A DNA stretch of 64,000 nucleotides from positions 14,001 to 78,000 of the forward strand of contig CAADYP010000006.1 of the NCBI GenBank assembly GCA_900753315.1, written 5' to 3'. This DNA is from Clostridia bacterium (GTDB lineage: Bacteria; Bacillota; Clostridia; Christensenellales; UBA1242). Of the stretch, positions 26,469 through 35,462 are shown one piece after another (position 1 is the first letter of the stretch; the number at the start of each line of letters is the position of its first letter). The position numbers and the translations under genes were made by a program. The notes below the pieces were generated by a model. That model ran no database searches, had not been told where the DNA came from, and saw nothing but the letters and a program-made list of their open reading frames with translations.

Positions 26469-27479
26469 ATGAAAAACAGCAACCATTGGTTTAGAGATGC
26501 AAAATATGGTTTAATAATCCATTTTGGCTTGTATTCACTGCTTGGTGGTGAATACAAAAACTATAAAATGCAATCATATTGTGAATGGATACAATCATAT
26601 GCTCGAATTCCAATTTGTGAATATGAAAAATTGTTAAAAATTTTCAATCCCACATATTTCAATGCAGAAGAAATTGTAAAATTCGCAAAAATGCATGGCT
26701 TTAAATACATAATTTTTACAGCAAAACACCACGATGGATTTTGTATGTTCAATTCCAAATATGATGATTACAATATATCCAATACTCCTTACAAGAAAGA
26801 TATCGTAAAACAACTTTCAGATATGTGCAAAAAATATCAAGTCAAATTTGGACTATATTATTCACAAGATTTAGATTGGCATGAGAAAAATGGTGGTGGA
26901 TATAATTGCGAAAATATTGATTGTGCCGGAACAAGTTGGTGCAATGATTGGGATTTTAAAAATTGTGACAAAGATTATAGTGATTATTTCAATTCAAAAG
27001 TGCTTTTTCAAATCAAAGAACTTTGCCAAAATTATGGAAAAATAGATTTGTTTTGGTTTGACACTCCAAAAAGTATCAGCCCCCAACAAAGCCAACAATT
27101 ATATGATTTAGTCAAATCATTCCACCCTGATTGTTTGATAAACTCCCGTTTAGGTAATGGTTGTTATGACTATGTTACACTTGGAGATAACGAAATCCCA
27201 GACAATCTTACATACAAAACAAGCAAAAATTTCAATGATTTGAATGGAATAAAATATTCTAAAGACAGTTTGTATGAATCCGCTTGTTCTCTCAATAACA
27301 CTTGGGGATATTCAAAATTTGATACAAATTACAAATCATTGCGAGAAATTAAAAAAGTCAAAGACAAACTAAACAAATTAGGTATAAACTACACAATAAA
27401 CATTTCACCTGACTCCACAGGAAAAATACCACAACAAAGTTTGGATATTTTATCAGAATTAAATACAAACAACCTCTAA
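26469..27479 (+). CDS. Alpha-L-fucosidase, GH29 catalytic domain only
   Basis: WFRDAKYGLIIHFGLYS..AKHHDGFCMFNS..DLFWFD (nucleophile Asp context). Start set at ATG 26469, preceded by AAGAGG. No signal peptide. Confidence 0.85.
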   Translation: MKNSNHWFRDAKYGLIIHFGLYSLLGGEYKNYKMQSYCEWIQSYARIPICEYEKLLKIFNPTYFNAEEIVKFAKMHGFKYIIFTAKHHDGFCMFNSKYDDYNISNTPYKKDIVKQLSDMCKKYQVKFGLYYSQDLDWHEKNGGGYNCENIDCAGTSWCNDWDFKNCDKDYSDYFNSKVLFQIKELCQNYGKIDLFWFDTPKSISPQQSQQLYDLVKSFHPDCLINSRLGNGCYDYVTLGDNEIPDNLTYKTSKNFNDLNGIKYSKDSLYESACSLNNTWGYSKFDTNYKSLREIKKVKDKLNKLGINYTINISPDSTGKIPQQSLDILSELNTNNL

Positions 27480-27568
27480 AATAAATATATTTTTTTATCA
27501 ACAACCTTTTAATAGATTACATAATACATGCTTACAGCATATGTATTCAAGTCCTTTTAGTAAATTAG

Positions 27569-27709
27569 AAGAAATGCCTAAAGAAAGAAAACGCAAACGA
27601 GAAAAAGATTTTGAAATGTAATAAAAATGGCAGAATGATAACATTTACATCGGGTTGGATGGTTAGACCAAAGGGAAAAATTACAAATAATACTCCTTTG
27701 GCAGATTAA
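27569..27709 (+). pseudogene. Possible remnant of a toxin-like gene (C-terminal ..ITFTSGWMVRPKGKITNNTPLAD only)
   Basis: An open frame of 46 codons without a credible start. It ends 6 nt before the DUF4926-like gene. The tail resembles, from memory, the C-terminus of DUF6883-type proteins that pair with DUF4926. Confidence 0.25.
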
Positions 27710-27715
27710 AAGGAG

Positions 27716-28015
27716 ATGAAAATAAAATATTTAGATTTAGTTGAATTGATAAAAGAAAAACCTACTTATACTAAAGCTGGAGTAAAAGTTGGGGATTTCG
27801 GTGCTGTGATGAGTGAAAAGCCAATAAATGGAAAGTGGCAAGTGATTTTTTCAGAGTTTTATACAGGTAAAGACATTGCAGATATTATGGTTGCGGAGGA
27901 AGATTTAAAAGTTCATGAAAGTATTCCAAAAGATAGATATCCTAAAAAAATTTTGACAGCAATTGACAGCAAATGTACCAATTTTAGAGAGTTTACGAAA
28001 GAATTAGACCGATAG
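27716..28015 (+). CDS. DUF4926-like protein
   Basis: 99 aa. MKIKYLDLVELIKEKP..GVKVGDFGAVM....WQVIFSE....IADIMVAEEDLKV fits my recollection of the DUF4926 pattern. GGAG abuts the ATG directly, which is unusual spacing. Confidence 0.55.
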   Translation: MKIKYLDLVELIKEKPTYTKAGVKVGDFGAVMSEKPINGKWQVIFSEFYTGKDIADIMVAEEDLKVHESIPKDRYPKKILTAIDSKCTNFREFTKELDR

Positions 28016-28043
28016 TTGATTTTTTGACTATCGGTCTTTTTTT
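28007..28043 (+). terminator. Rho-independent terminator
   Basis: GACCGATAGT-loop-ACTATCGGTC followed by TTTTTTT. The stem overlaps the stop codon. Confidence 0.8.
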
Positions 28044-28157
28044 AGGCACGCAAGAAGATTTTTAATCTTCTTTTGGAGCAAAAATTGACAGCAATTGCAC
28101 CAAAAATTGACAACAAATGTTTTTTTTACCTAAAAAATTTTGTTAAAAAATGGAAAT

Positions 28158-28199
28158 AAAAAAATCGCTAAAAGCCTTTATTTATCGGCGTTTTAGCGA
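28158..28199 (-). terminator. Terminator after tRNA-Thr
   Basis: Minus strand: TCGCTAAAA..loop..TTTTAGCGA followed by TTTTTTT. Confidence 0.6.
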
Positions 28200-28210
28200 C
28201 TTTTGTTTAA

Positions 28211-28285
28211 TGGAGCTGGTGACGGGAATCGGACCCGTGACCCCCACCTTACCAAGGTGGTGCTCTACCGCTGAGCCACACCAGC
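28211..28285 (-). tRNA. tRNA-Thr (anticodon GGU), encoded CCA
   Basis: The reverse complement reads GCTGGTGTGGCTCAGCGGTAGAGCACCACCTTGGTAAGGTGGGGGTCACGGGTCCGATTCCCGTCACCAGCTCCA. Confidence 0.92.
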
Positions 28286-28377
28286 ATAACAGACATTATG
28301 CACAATTTGATTTTGCATAGTGAGTTTAGCATAATCAGTGCATAATGTCAACATATTTGGTATTGTAAAGTTAAAGC

Positions 28378-30747
28378 TTAATTGTTATTCCAGTTCCAAT
28401 TCAAAATTTCTGGCATATCAATTCCATATTCTCTTATATACTTGTCATGATTGGCGAGCTTTTCTTCCATTCTTTGGATTATTTCTTCTTTCTTTGACTT
28501 TGGCACATTGAGATATTTTAATGCTTTTATAACTAAATGATATCTATCAATATGATTTTTGACTCTCATATCAAATGGTGTTGTAATCGTCCCCTCTTCT
28601 TTGTAACCTGAGACATGCATGTTTTGATTGTGTCTATTATATGTCAACAAGTGAACGAGTTGGGCATAGCCATGGAAATTGAAAATAACTGGCTTATCCT
28701 TTGTAAATAGTTTGTCATATTCGGCATCAGTTAAACCATGAGGATGAGATTTGTTTGATACAAGTTTCATAAGGTCAACAACATTCAAAAATCTAACATT
28801 CAGTTTTGGCAATTCTTTCTTTAAAATTGAAATCATAGCGAGGGTTTCAAGTGTTGGAGTATCGCCACATCCAACAACAACCAAATCCGGGTTTTTCGTG
28901 TTATTCATCCCAGCCCATTTCCATTCTCCAACGCCATTTGCACAATGCTTTTTTGCTTCTTCCATAGAGAGCCATTGGAAAGATGGATGCTTTGAAGCGA
29001 TGATTGTATTGACATAGTTTTTACTCTTCGCACAATGGTCATAGCAAGAAATAAGGCAATTTGCATCAGCAGGAAGATAAATCCTTACCACATCGGCCTT
29101 TTTATTCACAATATGGTCCAAGAATCCTGGGTCTTGATGTGTAAAACCATTGTGGTCTTGCTGCCAAACATTGCTTGTTAAAATAAGATTTAATGAAGAA
29201 ATTGGTTTTCTCCAAGAAATTTCATTGCAAACCTTAAGCCATTTTGCATGTTGGGCGACCATACTGTCAACAACACGAATAAATGCCTCATAACTGTTAA
29301 ACATACCATGACGCCCAGTAAGCAAATATCCCTCAAGAAGACCTTCGCACATATGCTCAGACAAAAATGAGTCAACAATTCGTCCATCACTTGCAAGTTT
29401 GTCGTCTGTTGGCAATATTTTGCTATTAAAATCTCGATTTTCAACTTCAAATGCCTTGTAGAGTCTATTGCTCATAGCTTCATCTGGACTAAAAATTCTG
29501 TAGTTTTTATTGTCTTTATTCAAAACAAACAAGTCTCTAATATACCCGCCTAGTTCTAGCATGTCTTGAGTCCTATAAGTTCCATGCCCATCAAATTTAA
29601 CAGCATAATCATCAATATTTGGTGTTTTTAATTCTTTAAGAATCAAGCCTCCATTTGCATAAGGAGTTGCTGACAATCTCTTGTCTTTCTTTGGCAAAAT
29701 TTCAGCAATTTCTTTCTTCAAACGATAATTTTTGTCAAAAAGTTCATCTGGTTTGTAACTTTTAAGCCAATCTTCAAGCAACTTCAAATGTTCTGGAGAG
29801 GACATATCCATTGGAATTTGATGGGCTCTAAACGAACCCTCAATTTGTTTTCCGTCAACAAATTTTGGACCAGTCCACCCTTTTGGAGTTCTCAAGATAA
29901 TCATCGGCCAAGCATATTTTTTGTTTGGATTTGACTTAATTCCTTTGATTTTTTCAATGCACTCATCCATTGCTTTTGCCATTTGAAGGTGCATATCCAT
30001 TGCTTCCTCACCCTCAACAAATATAGGGCTATAACCATATCCAACAAACAAACTTTTAAGTTGTGCTTTGCTCATTCTTGAGAGAATAGTTGGATTGCTT
30101 ATTTTGTAACCATTCAAATGTAAAATAGGGAGCACTGCACCATCATTTCGTGGATTAAGAAAATTTATGCCATGCCAAGATGTTGCAAGCGGTCCAGTTT
30201 CTGCTTCCCCATCACCAACAACTGCAACAGCAAACAGATTTGGATTATCAAAAACAGCTCCAAAAGCATGAGCCAAAACATATCCCAGCTCCCCACCTTC
30301 ATTGATAGAACCAGGAGTTTCAGGGACACAGTGAGACCCAATTCCACCTGGGAAAGAGAATTGTTTGCAAAGTCTCTTCATTCCTTCTTTGCTTTGAGAG
30401 ATGTTTGGATAAAATTCACTATAAGTGCCTTCCAAATAACTATTTGCGACCAAAAAATTCCCGCCATGCCCAGGTCCAGAGAGCAAAAGCATATCGGCAT
30501 CATATTTTTTAATTATTCTATTGCAATGAGCATACACAAAATTTTGTCCAGGAACAGTTCCCCAGTGCCCCACCAACTTTTTCTTGATGTCTGCCATACA
30601 CAACTTGTGGTCACGCAAAAGTGGATTATCCAAAAGATAAAGTTGGGCTGCAGAAAGATAATTTGCTGCGTTCCAATATTTATTCAACTTTTCCAAATAT
30701 TCTTTAGAAAGAAAATCATTCTCTTTTTTCATATCTTTATTTTTCAT
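28378..30747 (-). CDS. xfp: Phosphoketolase (xylulose-5-P/fructose-6-P)
   Basis: 789 aa. YWNAANYLSAAQLYLLDNPLL..GHWGTVPGQNF..GPGHGG..EGGELGY. Confidence 0.95.
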   Translation of the reverse strand: MKNKDMKKENDFLSKEYLEKLNKYWNAANYLSAAQLYLLDNPLLRDHKLCMADIKKKLVGHWGTVPGQNFVYAHCNRIIKKYDADMLLLSGPGHGGNFLVANSYLEGTYSEFYPNISQSKEGMKRLCKQFSFPGGIGSHCVPETPGSINEGGELGYVLAHAFGAVFDNPNLFAVAVVGDGEAETGPLATSWHGINFLNPRNDGAVLPILHLNGYKISNPTILSRMSKAQLKSLFVGYGYSPIFVEGEEAMDMHLQMAKAMDECIEKIKGIKSNPNKKYAWPMIILRTPKGWTGPKFVDGKQIEGSFRAHQIPMDMSSPEHLKLLEDWLKSYKPDELFDKNYRLKKEIAEILPKKDKRLSATPYANGGLILKELKTPNIDDYAVKFDGHGTYRTQDMLELGGYIRDLFVLNKDNKNYRIFSPDEAMSNRLYKAFEVENRDFNSKILPTDDKLASDGRIVDSFLSEHMCEGLLEGYLLTGRHGMFNSYEAFIRVVDSMVAQHAKWLKVCNEISWRKPISSLNLILTSNVWQQDHNGFTHQDPGFLDHIVNKKADVVRIYLPADANCLISCYDHCAKSKNYVNTIIASKHPSFQWLSMEEAKKHCANGVGEWKWAGMNNTKNPDLVVVGCGDTPTLETLAMISILKKELPKLNVRFLNVVDLMKLVSNKSHPHGLTDAEYDKLFTKDKPVIFNFHGYAQLVHLLTYNRHNQNMHVSGYKEEGTITTPFDMRVKNHIDRYHLVIKALKYLNVPKSKKEEIIQRMEEKLANHDKYIREYGIDMPEILNWNWNNN

Positions 30748-30773
30748 GAAGCTTTCCTTTTTTTATTTAAAAA

Positions 30774-32792
30774 TCAATACCTACTAAATTGACTGTTATA
30801 AAGATTGTAGTAAAATCCTTTTTGAGCAAGCAACTGTTTGTGTGTGCCTTGTTCAATGATGTTACCCTTGTTCATAACCAAAATAAGATCAGATGAAGTG
30901 ATTGTTGACAATCTATGTGCAACAACAAAACTTGTCTTTCCTTCCATCATCTTGTTGAATGCTTCTTGAATTGCCATTTCAGTTCTTGTGTCGATGTTGC
31001 TTGTCGCCTCATCCAAAATAAGCATAGGCGGTTTTGTCAACATCAAACGAGCAATACAAATAAGTTGCTTTTGCCCTTGAGATAAGTTGTCACCATTTTC
31101 ATTTATCATAGTGTTATATCCATCAGGCATCGTTTGGATAAAATAATCTGCTCCAGCCAATCTTGCAGCCCTGTGCACCTCTGCGTCAGTTGCATTTTGT
31201 TTTCCATATGCGATATTATCCCTTATGCTTGCAGAGAAAAGCCATGTTTCTTGCAAAACCATTCCATATTGTTTACGCAAACTTTTTCTCGTAATCTCTG
31301 TTATTGGGTGTCCACTGACATCAATTTCCCCTTTATCAACATCATAAAAACGCATAAGCAAATTGATAAGGGTGCTTTTTCCACAACCAGTTGGTCCAAC
31401 GATTGCGACCTTTTGTCCTTTTTTGATGGACAAATTTAAATTTCTTATCAATTTTTTTTCTGGAGTATAAGAAAAATCAACATGCTTAAATGTTACACTT
31501 CCAGAACATTTTTTAAGGTTTGGCAAATGTTCGTCACTAACTTCATTTTGCATATCCAAGACATTGAAAACTCTGACAGCAGACGCATAGGCCGCTTGCA
31601 AATCTGAAAAGACATCAGCAATATCATTAAATGGCCTTGTGTATTTGTTTGCGAATGACAAAAAGACAGAAATGTTTCCGATTGACATTCCTCCACGAAT
31701 TGCATAAACACACCCCAAGATTGCCACCATTGCATACAAAAGTCCATTGATAAATCTTGTGATTGGGGCAGAAAGTGAAGAATAGTAGTTCGCTTTTTCA
31801 CTTACATCACGCAATTTTTTGTTGATATCGTCAAATTTTTCAATTGAGCGGTCTTCATACATAAATCCTTTAACAATCTTTTGATTTCCGACCATTTCAA
31901 CCAAAGTTCCTGACAAATCACCAACATTTTTGGCTTGTTTTCTAAACAAATTGTGTGACAATTTCGCAATAACCGTTGCCACAACAATAGATGCAGGTGT
32001 TATGCAAATAATGATTATAGAAATCGTAACATTGATTCTAAACATGAAAATCAAAGTAAAAATAATTGTTGCCAAACAGTCAAAGAAAGTTGTAAGTCCT
32101 ATAACAAAGCCATCGGTAATCAAATCGACATCGTTAATCATACGACTTTGCAAGTCACCATGGCTGGAATTGTCAATATATTTCAAAGGCACTTTGTTAA
32201 ATTTTTTAAATATTTCATTATGCAGTTTTTGTTCAACGCGATAAGAAAGTCCATTTGCGACCCTAGAGGTCAGCCACTTAAACACTGCAAATCCGACAAT
32301 ACAAAGTGAAAGGTAAATTATATATTTTGACACCATTGCAAAATTAACTTCGTTTGGTCCAACAATAAAATCTATGCCGTCACCAATGATAAGTGGTATC
32401 AAACATTCAAAAATTGAATTTGCGAAGCAGAAAAAAATTGCCAAAACAAGCAAAAACCATTCTTTTTTCATGTAAGACAGTGCTCTCAAAATAACAGACT
32501 GCTTTTTGTTTCTTCTAATTTTTGCAACTCTTTCGATTCGAGTCGTGTTTGTATCCAAAATGTCAGGAATATCAACAATTTTTGTACTCTTCACATCTGG
32601 CGAAACAGAAGCCCCTTTTCCCTTCATGCTCGCAGTAATAACTGTAGGCACACTAACTTGCTTTGCTGGCTGAACCTTTTCGGGGTTGTTGAAAGATGGT
32701 TGCGGCAAAGAAGCTATCGCCTTCTGTAACTTGCGATATTGTTTTTCTTCTTGCAATTTCTCCTTTAATTCTTTCTTTTCTTGTTCAGTCAA
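30774..32792 (-). CDS. ABC exporter, fused TMD-NBD half-transporter (consensus ATPase subunit) with a 100-aa hydrophilic N-terminal extension
   Basis: Walker A GPTGCGKST, Walker B MLILDEATSNID, deviant signature LSQGQKQ. TTG start preceded by AGGAG. Confidence 0.88.
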   Translation of the reverse strand: MTEQEKKELKEKLQEEKQYRKLQKAIASLPQPSFNNPEKVQPAKQVSVPTVITASMKGKGASVSPDVKSTKIVDIPDILDTNTTRIERVAKIRRNKKQSVILRALSYMKKEWFLLVLAIFFCFANSIFECLIPLIIGDGIDFIVGPNEVNFAMVSKYIIYLSLCIVGFAVFKWLTSRVANGLSYRVEQKLHNEIFKKFNKVPLKYIDNSSHGDLQSRMINDVDLITDGFVIGLTTFFDCLATIIFTLIFMFRINVTISIIIICITPASIVVATVIAKLSHNLFRKQAKNVGDLSGTLVEMVGNQKIVKGFMYEDRSIEKFDDINKKLRDVSEKANYYSSLSAPITRFINGLLYAMVAILGCVYAIRGGMSIGNISVFLSFANKYTRPFNDIADVFSDLQAAYASAVRVFNVLDMQNEVSDEHLPNLKKCSGSVTFKHVDFSYTPEKKLIRNLNLSIKKGQKVAIVGPTGCGKSTLINLLMRFYDVDKGEIDVSGHPITEITRKSLRKQYGMVLQETWLFSASIRDNIAYGKQNATDAEVHRAARLAGADYFIQTMPDGYNTMINENGDNLSQGQKQLICIARLMLTKPPMLILDEATSNIDTRTEMAIQEAFNKMMEGKTSFVVAHRLSTITSSDLILVMNKGNIIEQGTHKQLLAQKGFYYNLYNSQFSRY

Positions 32793-32803
32793 TTTTCTAA
32801 CTC

Positions 32804-34534
32804 CTATTTTGTTTGTGTTTGATAAATTTCTCTGTAAACATCACAATTTTCAAGCAAATCTTTATGTTTCCCCATTCCAACAATATTTCCATTGTCAAGA
32901 ACAATAATCAAATCAGCATTACGCACAGTATTTGCTCTTTGTGAAACCAAAATAACGGTTGAATTCACTTCTTCTTTGATAGCCTTGCGCAAATTTGCAT
33001 CAGTCGCAAAGTCCAAAGCGGAAGCACTATCATCCATAATCAAAATTTCTGGTTCACCAACAAGTGCACGGGCAATTGTCAATCGCTGTCTTTGCCCGCC
33101 AGAGAAGTTTTTCCCTCCCGCCTGAACCTTGAAATCATACCCACCAGGGAGTTCTCTAACAAAATCTTCACTTTGGGAAATTTTGATAGCCTTTTGCATT
33201 TCTTCGATAGTTGCGTTTGGTTTTCTCCAGCGCAAATTTTCTTTCAATGTCCCTTTAAACAAAACCGCTTTTTGTGGAACTATTCCAATTTTGCCACGCA
33301 ACTGTGCAAAAGAATATTCTTTTACATTTATTCCATCAATAAATATTTCCCCTTTTGTTGGGTCATAAAATCTTGGTATCAAATTTATAATGCTGCTCTT
33401 TCCACTGCCTGTTCCACCAATAATTCCAATCGTTTGACCAGGATATGCAACAAAGCTCAATTTCTTTACTGCTTCTTTTGCAGAATTGGAATAAGCAAAT
33501 GAAACATTTTTAAATTCGATTTTAGGGACTTCTTTGTTTGGAACAATTTCAATTTGTTCATGATTTATTTCTTCAACACTTGGTTTTGTGTCAAAAACTT
33601 CATTGATTCTGTGAGCACAATTGAAAGCTTTGATGAAAGCAATAATCAAATTTGCAAGAGAAACTAAAGCAGTAGAAATTTGAGAAAGATAGTTTACAAA
33701 TGCAATAATTTGTCCTTGTGTAAGAGTTCCAATGTTTACTTGAAGCCCACCAAACCACATAATTGCAACGATAGCAAAATTGATAATCGTCCCAGTGATT
33801 GGAGTCATAAGAGAAGACACTGAAACAACTTTAACAGCTGACTTTCTCAATTTTTTTGTGGCAACAGAAAATCTCTGTTCTTCGTAGTCCTGTTTGTTAA
33901 ATGCTCTAACAACTCTTGCACCCTGCAAGTTTTCTCTTGTTATTTCTGAAACTCTGTCCAAGTCTTTTTGAGTCTCGTCATACAAAGGTTCTGTCTTTTT
34001 CAAAATCACAAAAACAACAATCAAAATAAGTGGCACAACGACCAGGAAAGAAAGTGAAAGTTTCGCATCAATAATGATTGCCATAACCATTGAACCTACA
34101 ATCAAGAATGGTGTTCTCATAACAGTTCTCAAAAACATTCCAAGCGCTTGACTAATTCTTGATACATCGTGTGTTATACGATTGTTTAAAGTTGCAGTGC
34201 CAAATTTATCAAGTTCGGCATGTGAAAAAGTGTTTATGTGTGCATACAATCCCTTACGCATTTCATAACTCACCCCAGCACACGCTTTGGCAGAAAGTTT
34301 TGCACAAATAACAGCACTAACAATTCCTACAATATTGAATGCAATAACAACACTTCCCCAAATCAAAACATATCTCAAATCGTGATTTTTTACACCAATA
34401 TCAATCATGTTTGCCACCAAAAAAGGAATAACAATATCTGTTATTGTTTCAAAAAATTTGAATAATGGTGCAAAAATCATTTGTTCTTTATAAGCACCGA
34501 AAAACCTAAATAACTTTTTCAAATTTGGTGACAC
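32804..34534 (-). CDS. ABC exporter, fused TMD-NBD half-transporter (degenerate-site subunit)
   Basis: Walker A GGTGSGKSS, signature FSGGQRQ, and Walker B ILIMDDSASALD (Asp replaces the catalytic Glu). The start is either GTG 34534 or in-frame TTG 34522 (MKKLFRFF). Confidence 0.88.
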   Translation of the reverse strand: MSPNLKKLFRFFGAYKEQMIFAPLFKFFETITDIVIPFLVANMIDIGVKNHDLRYVLIWGSVVIAFNIVGIVSAVICAKLSAKACAGVSYEMRKGLYAHINTFSHAELDKFGTATLNNRITHDVSRISQALGMFLRTVMRTPFLIVGSMVMAIIIDAKLSLSFLVVVPLILIVVFVILKKTEPLYDETQKDLDRVSEITRENLQGARVVRAFNKQDYEEQRFSVATKKLRKSAVKVVSVSSLMTPITGTIINFAIVAIMWFGGLQVNIGTLTQGQIIAFVNYLSQISTALVSLANLIIAFIKAFNCAHRINEVFDTKPSVEEINHEQIEIVPNKEVPKIEFKNVSFAYSNSAKEAVKKLSFVAYPGQTIGIIGGTGSGKSSIINLIPRFYDPTKGEIFIDGINVKEYSFAQLRGKIGIVPQKAVLFKGTLKENLRWRKPNATIEEMQKAIKISQSEDFVRELPGGYDFKVQAGGKNFSGGQRQRLTIARALVGEPEILIMDDSASALDFATDANLRKAIKEEVNSTVILVSQRANTVRNADLIIVLDNGNIVGMGKHKDLLENCDVYREIYQTQTK

Positions 34535-34548
34535 CTTTTAATAAAAGA

Positions 34549-34557
34549 ATTATACCA
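34549..34557 (-). promoter_or_regulatory. Extended -10 element (TGGTATAAT) for the ABC exporter/phosphoketolase operon
   Basis: A perfect TGnTATAAT on the minus strand, about 15 nt upstream of the first candidate start codon. Confidence 0.45.
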
Positions 34558-34712
34558 AAAACAAAGAAAAATTAACAAACAAAAATTAAATAATTCAAAC
34601 ATTTTCAAAATAAATTTATATAAAATATAAAAAACTCAATAAGACCATATAAATTGCATAAAAATGAATCAACTTTCCCAATTTTTTCATAAATAAAAAT
34701 TGGAGAAAAATT

Positions 34713-35405
34713 ATGAAAGAAAAAGAAGAAATTTATTCAATAACATCAAATTTTTATTCAACAGAAACAAAAAATATAATCAAATTATTTGCAAACAAAC
34801 TCTCTGATACACCATTTTATCAAAACATAGAAATCAGAGTTTATGATGAAAATCAAAATTTATTATATACATTTGCACCAAAAATTGATTATGGGTATTC
34901 GCCAAAATTGACAGCACTTGACTTTATCGGAAATGGGCTAAACCAAATATTTTACAATGCCGATTCTGGTGGAAGTGGAGGATATGGATTTTATTATGTT
35001 TTTGAAATATGTTCAAAAAATGCTACTACGCTATTCGATTTTGAAACATTTGGTTCTCAAAATCAATATTCTGGACAATTTTTAAACAATTATCGTGCTC
35101 AAATTTTTGCAAAAGAAAACACCTATTTTTTAGATGTTTCAAAAATGGATAATTATTTCAAAAATCAAATTTTTTATTCTAACGGCATGGTAAAAAATAC
35201 TGAAATTGACATTGGAGGTGTAAATATAGTTTTTCCATTTTTCAACCCTTCACTTGGTATTTGGCTATTGCAAGTATATCAAAAAGCAACAGCAGTCGCC
35301 GAAGTCAATGCACTTGGTTATGTCATAAATGCCCTGCAATTTGATGGTCAGAATTTCACACAATTTTGGCAATATTTTGCACTTTCTCCAACTTCTCAAA
35401 ATTAG
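34713..35405 (+). CDS. Hypothetical protein with an FG-GAP-like segment (LDFIGNGLNQIFYNADSGGSGGYGF)
   Basis: 230 aa with a GGAG RBS. No signal peptide is evident. Confidence 0.6.
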   Translation: MKEKEEIYSITSNFYSTETKNIIKLFANKLSDTPFYQNIEIRVYDENQNLLYTFAPKIDYGYSPKLTALDFIGNGLNQIFYNADSGGSGGYGFYYVFEICSKNATTLFDFETFGSQNQYSGQFLNNYRAQIFAKENTYFLDVSKMDNYFKNQIFYSNGMVKNTEIDIGGVNIVFPFFNPSLGIWLLQVYQKATAVAEVNALGYVINALQFDGQNFTQFWQYFALSPTSQN

Positions 35406-35462
35406 AAAAATTAGTTTTTATTTCGTTGCAATAAAAATCTTTTTGTGATAAAATTTCCACAT

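Noticed and set aside
27480-27560. Imperfect palindrome AATACATGCTTACAGCATATGTATT after the fucosidase gene, considered as an ncRNA or operator
   Set aside because: It is most simply a weak transcription-termination or mRNA-stabilising hairpin downstream of the stop codon. Nothing else supports it.
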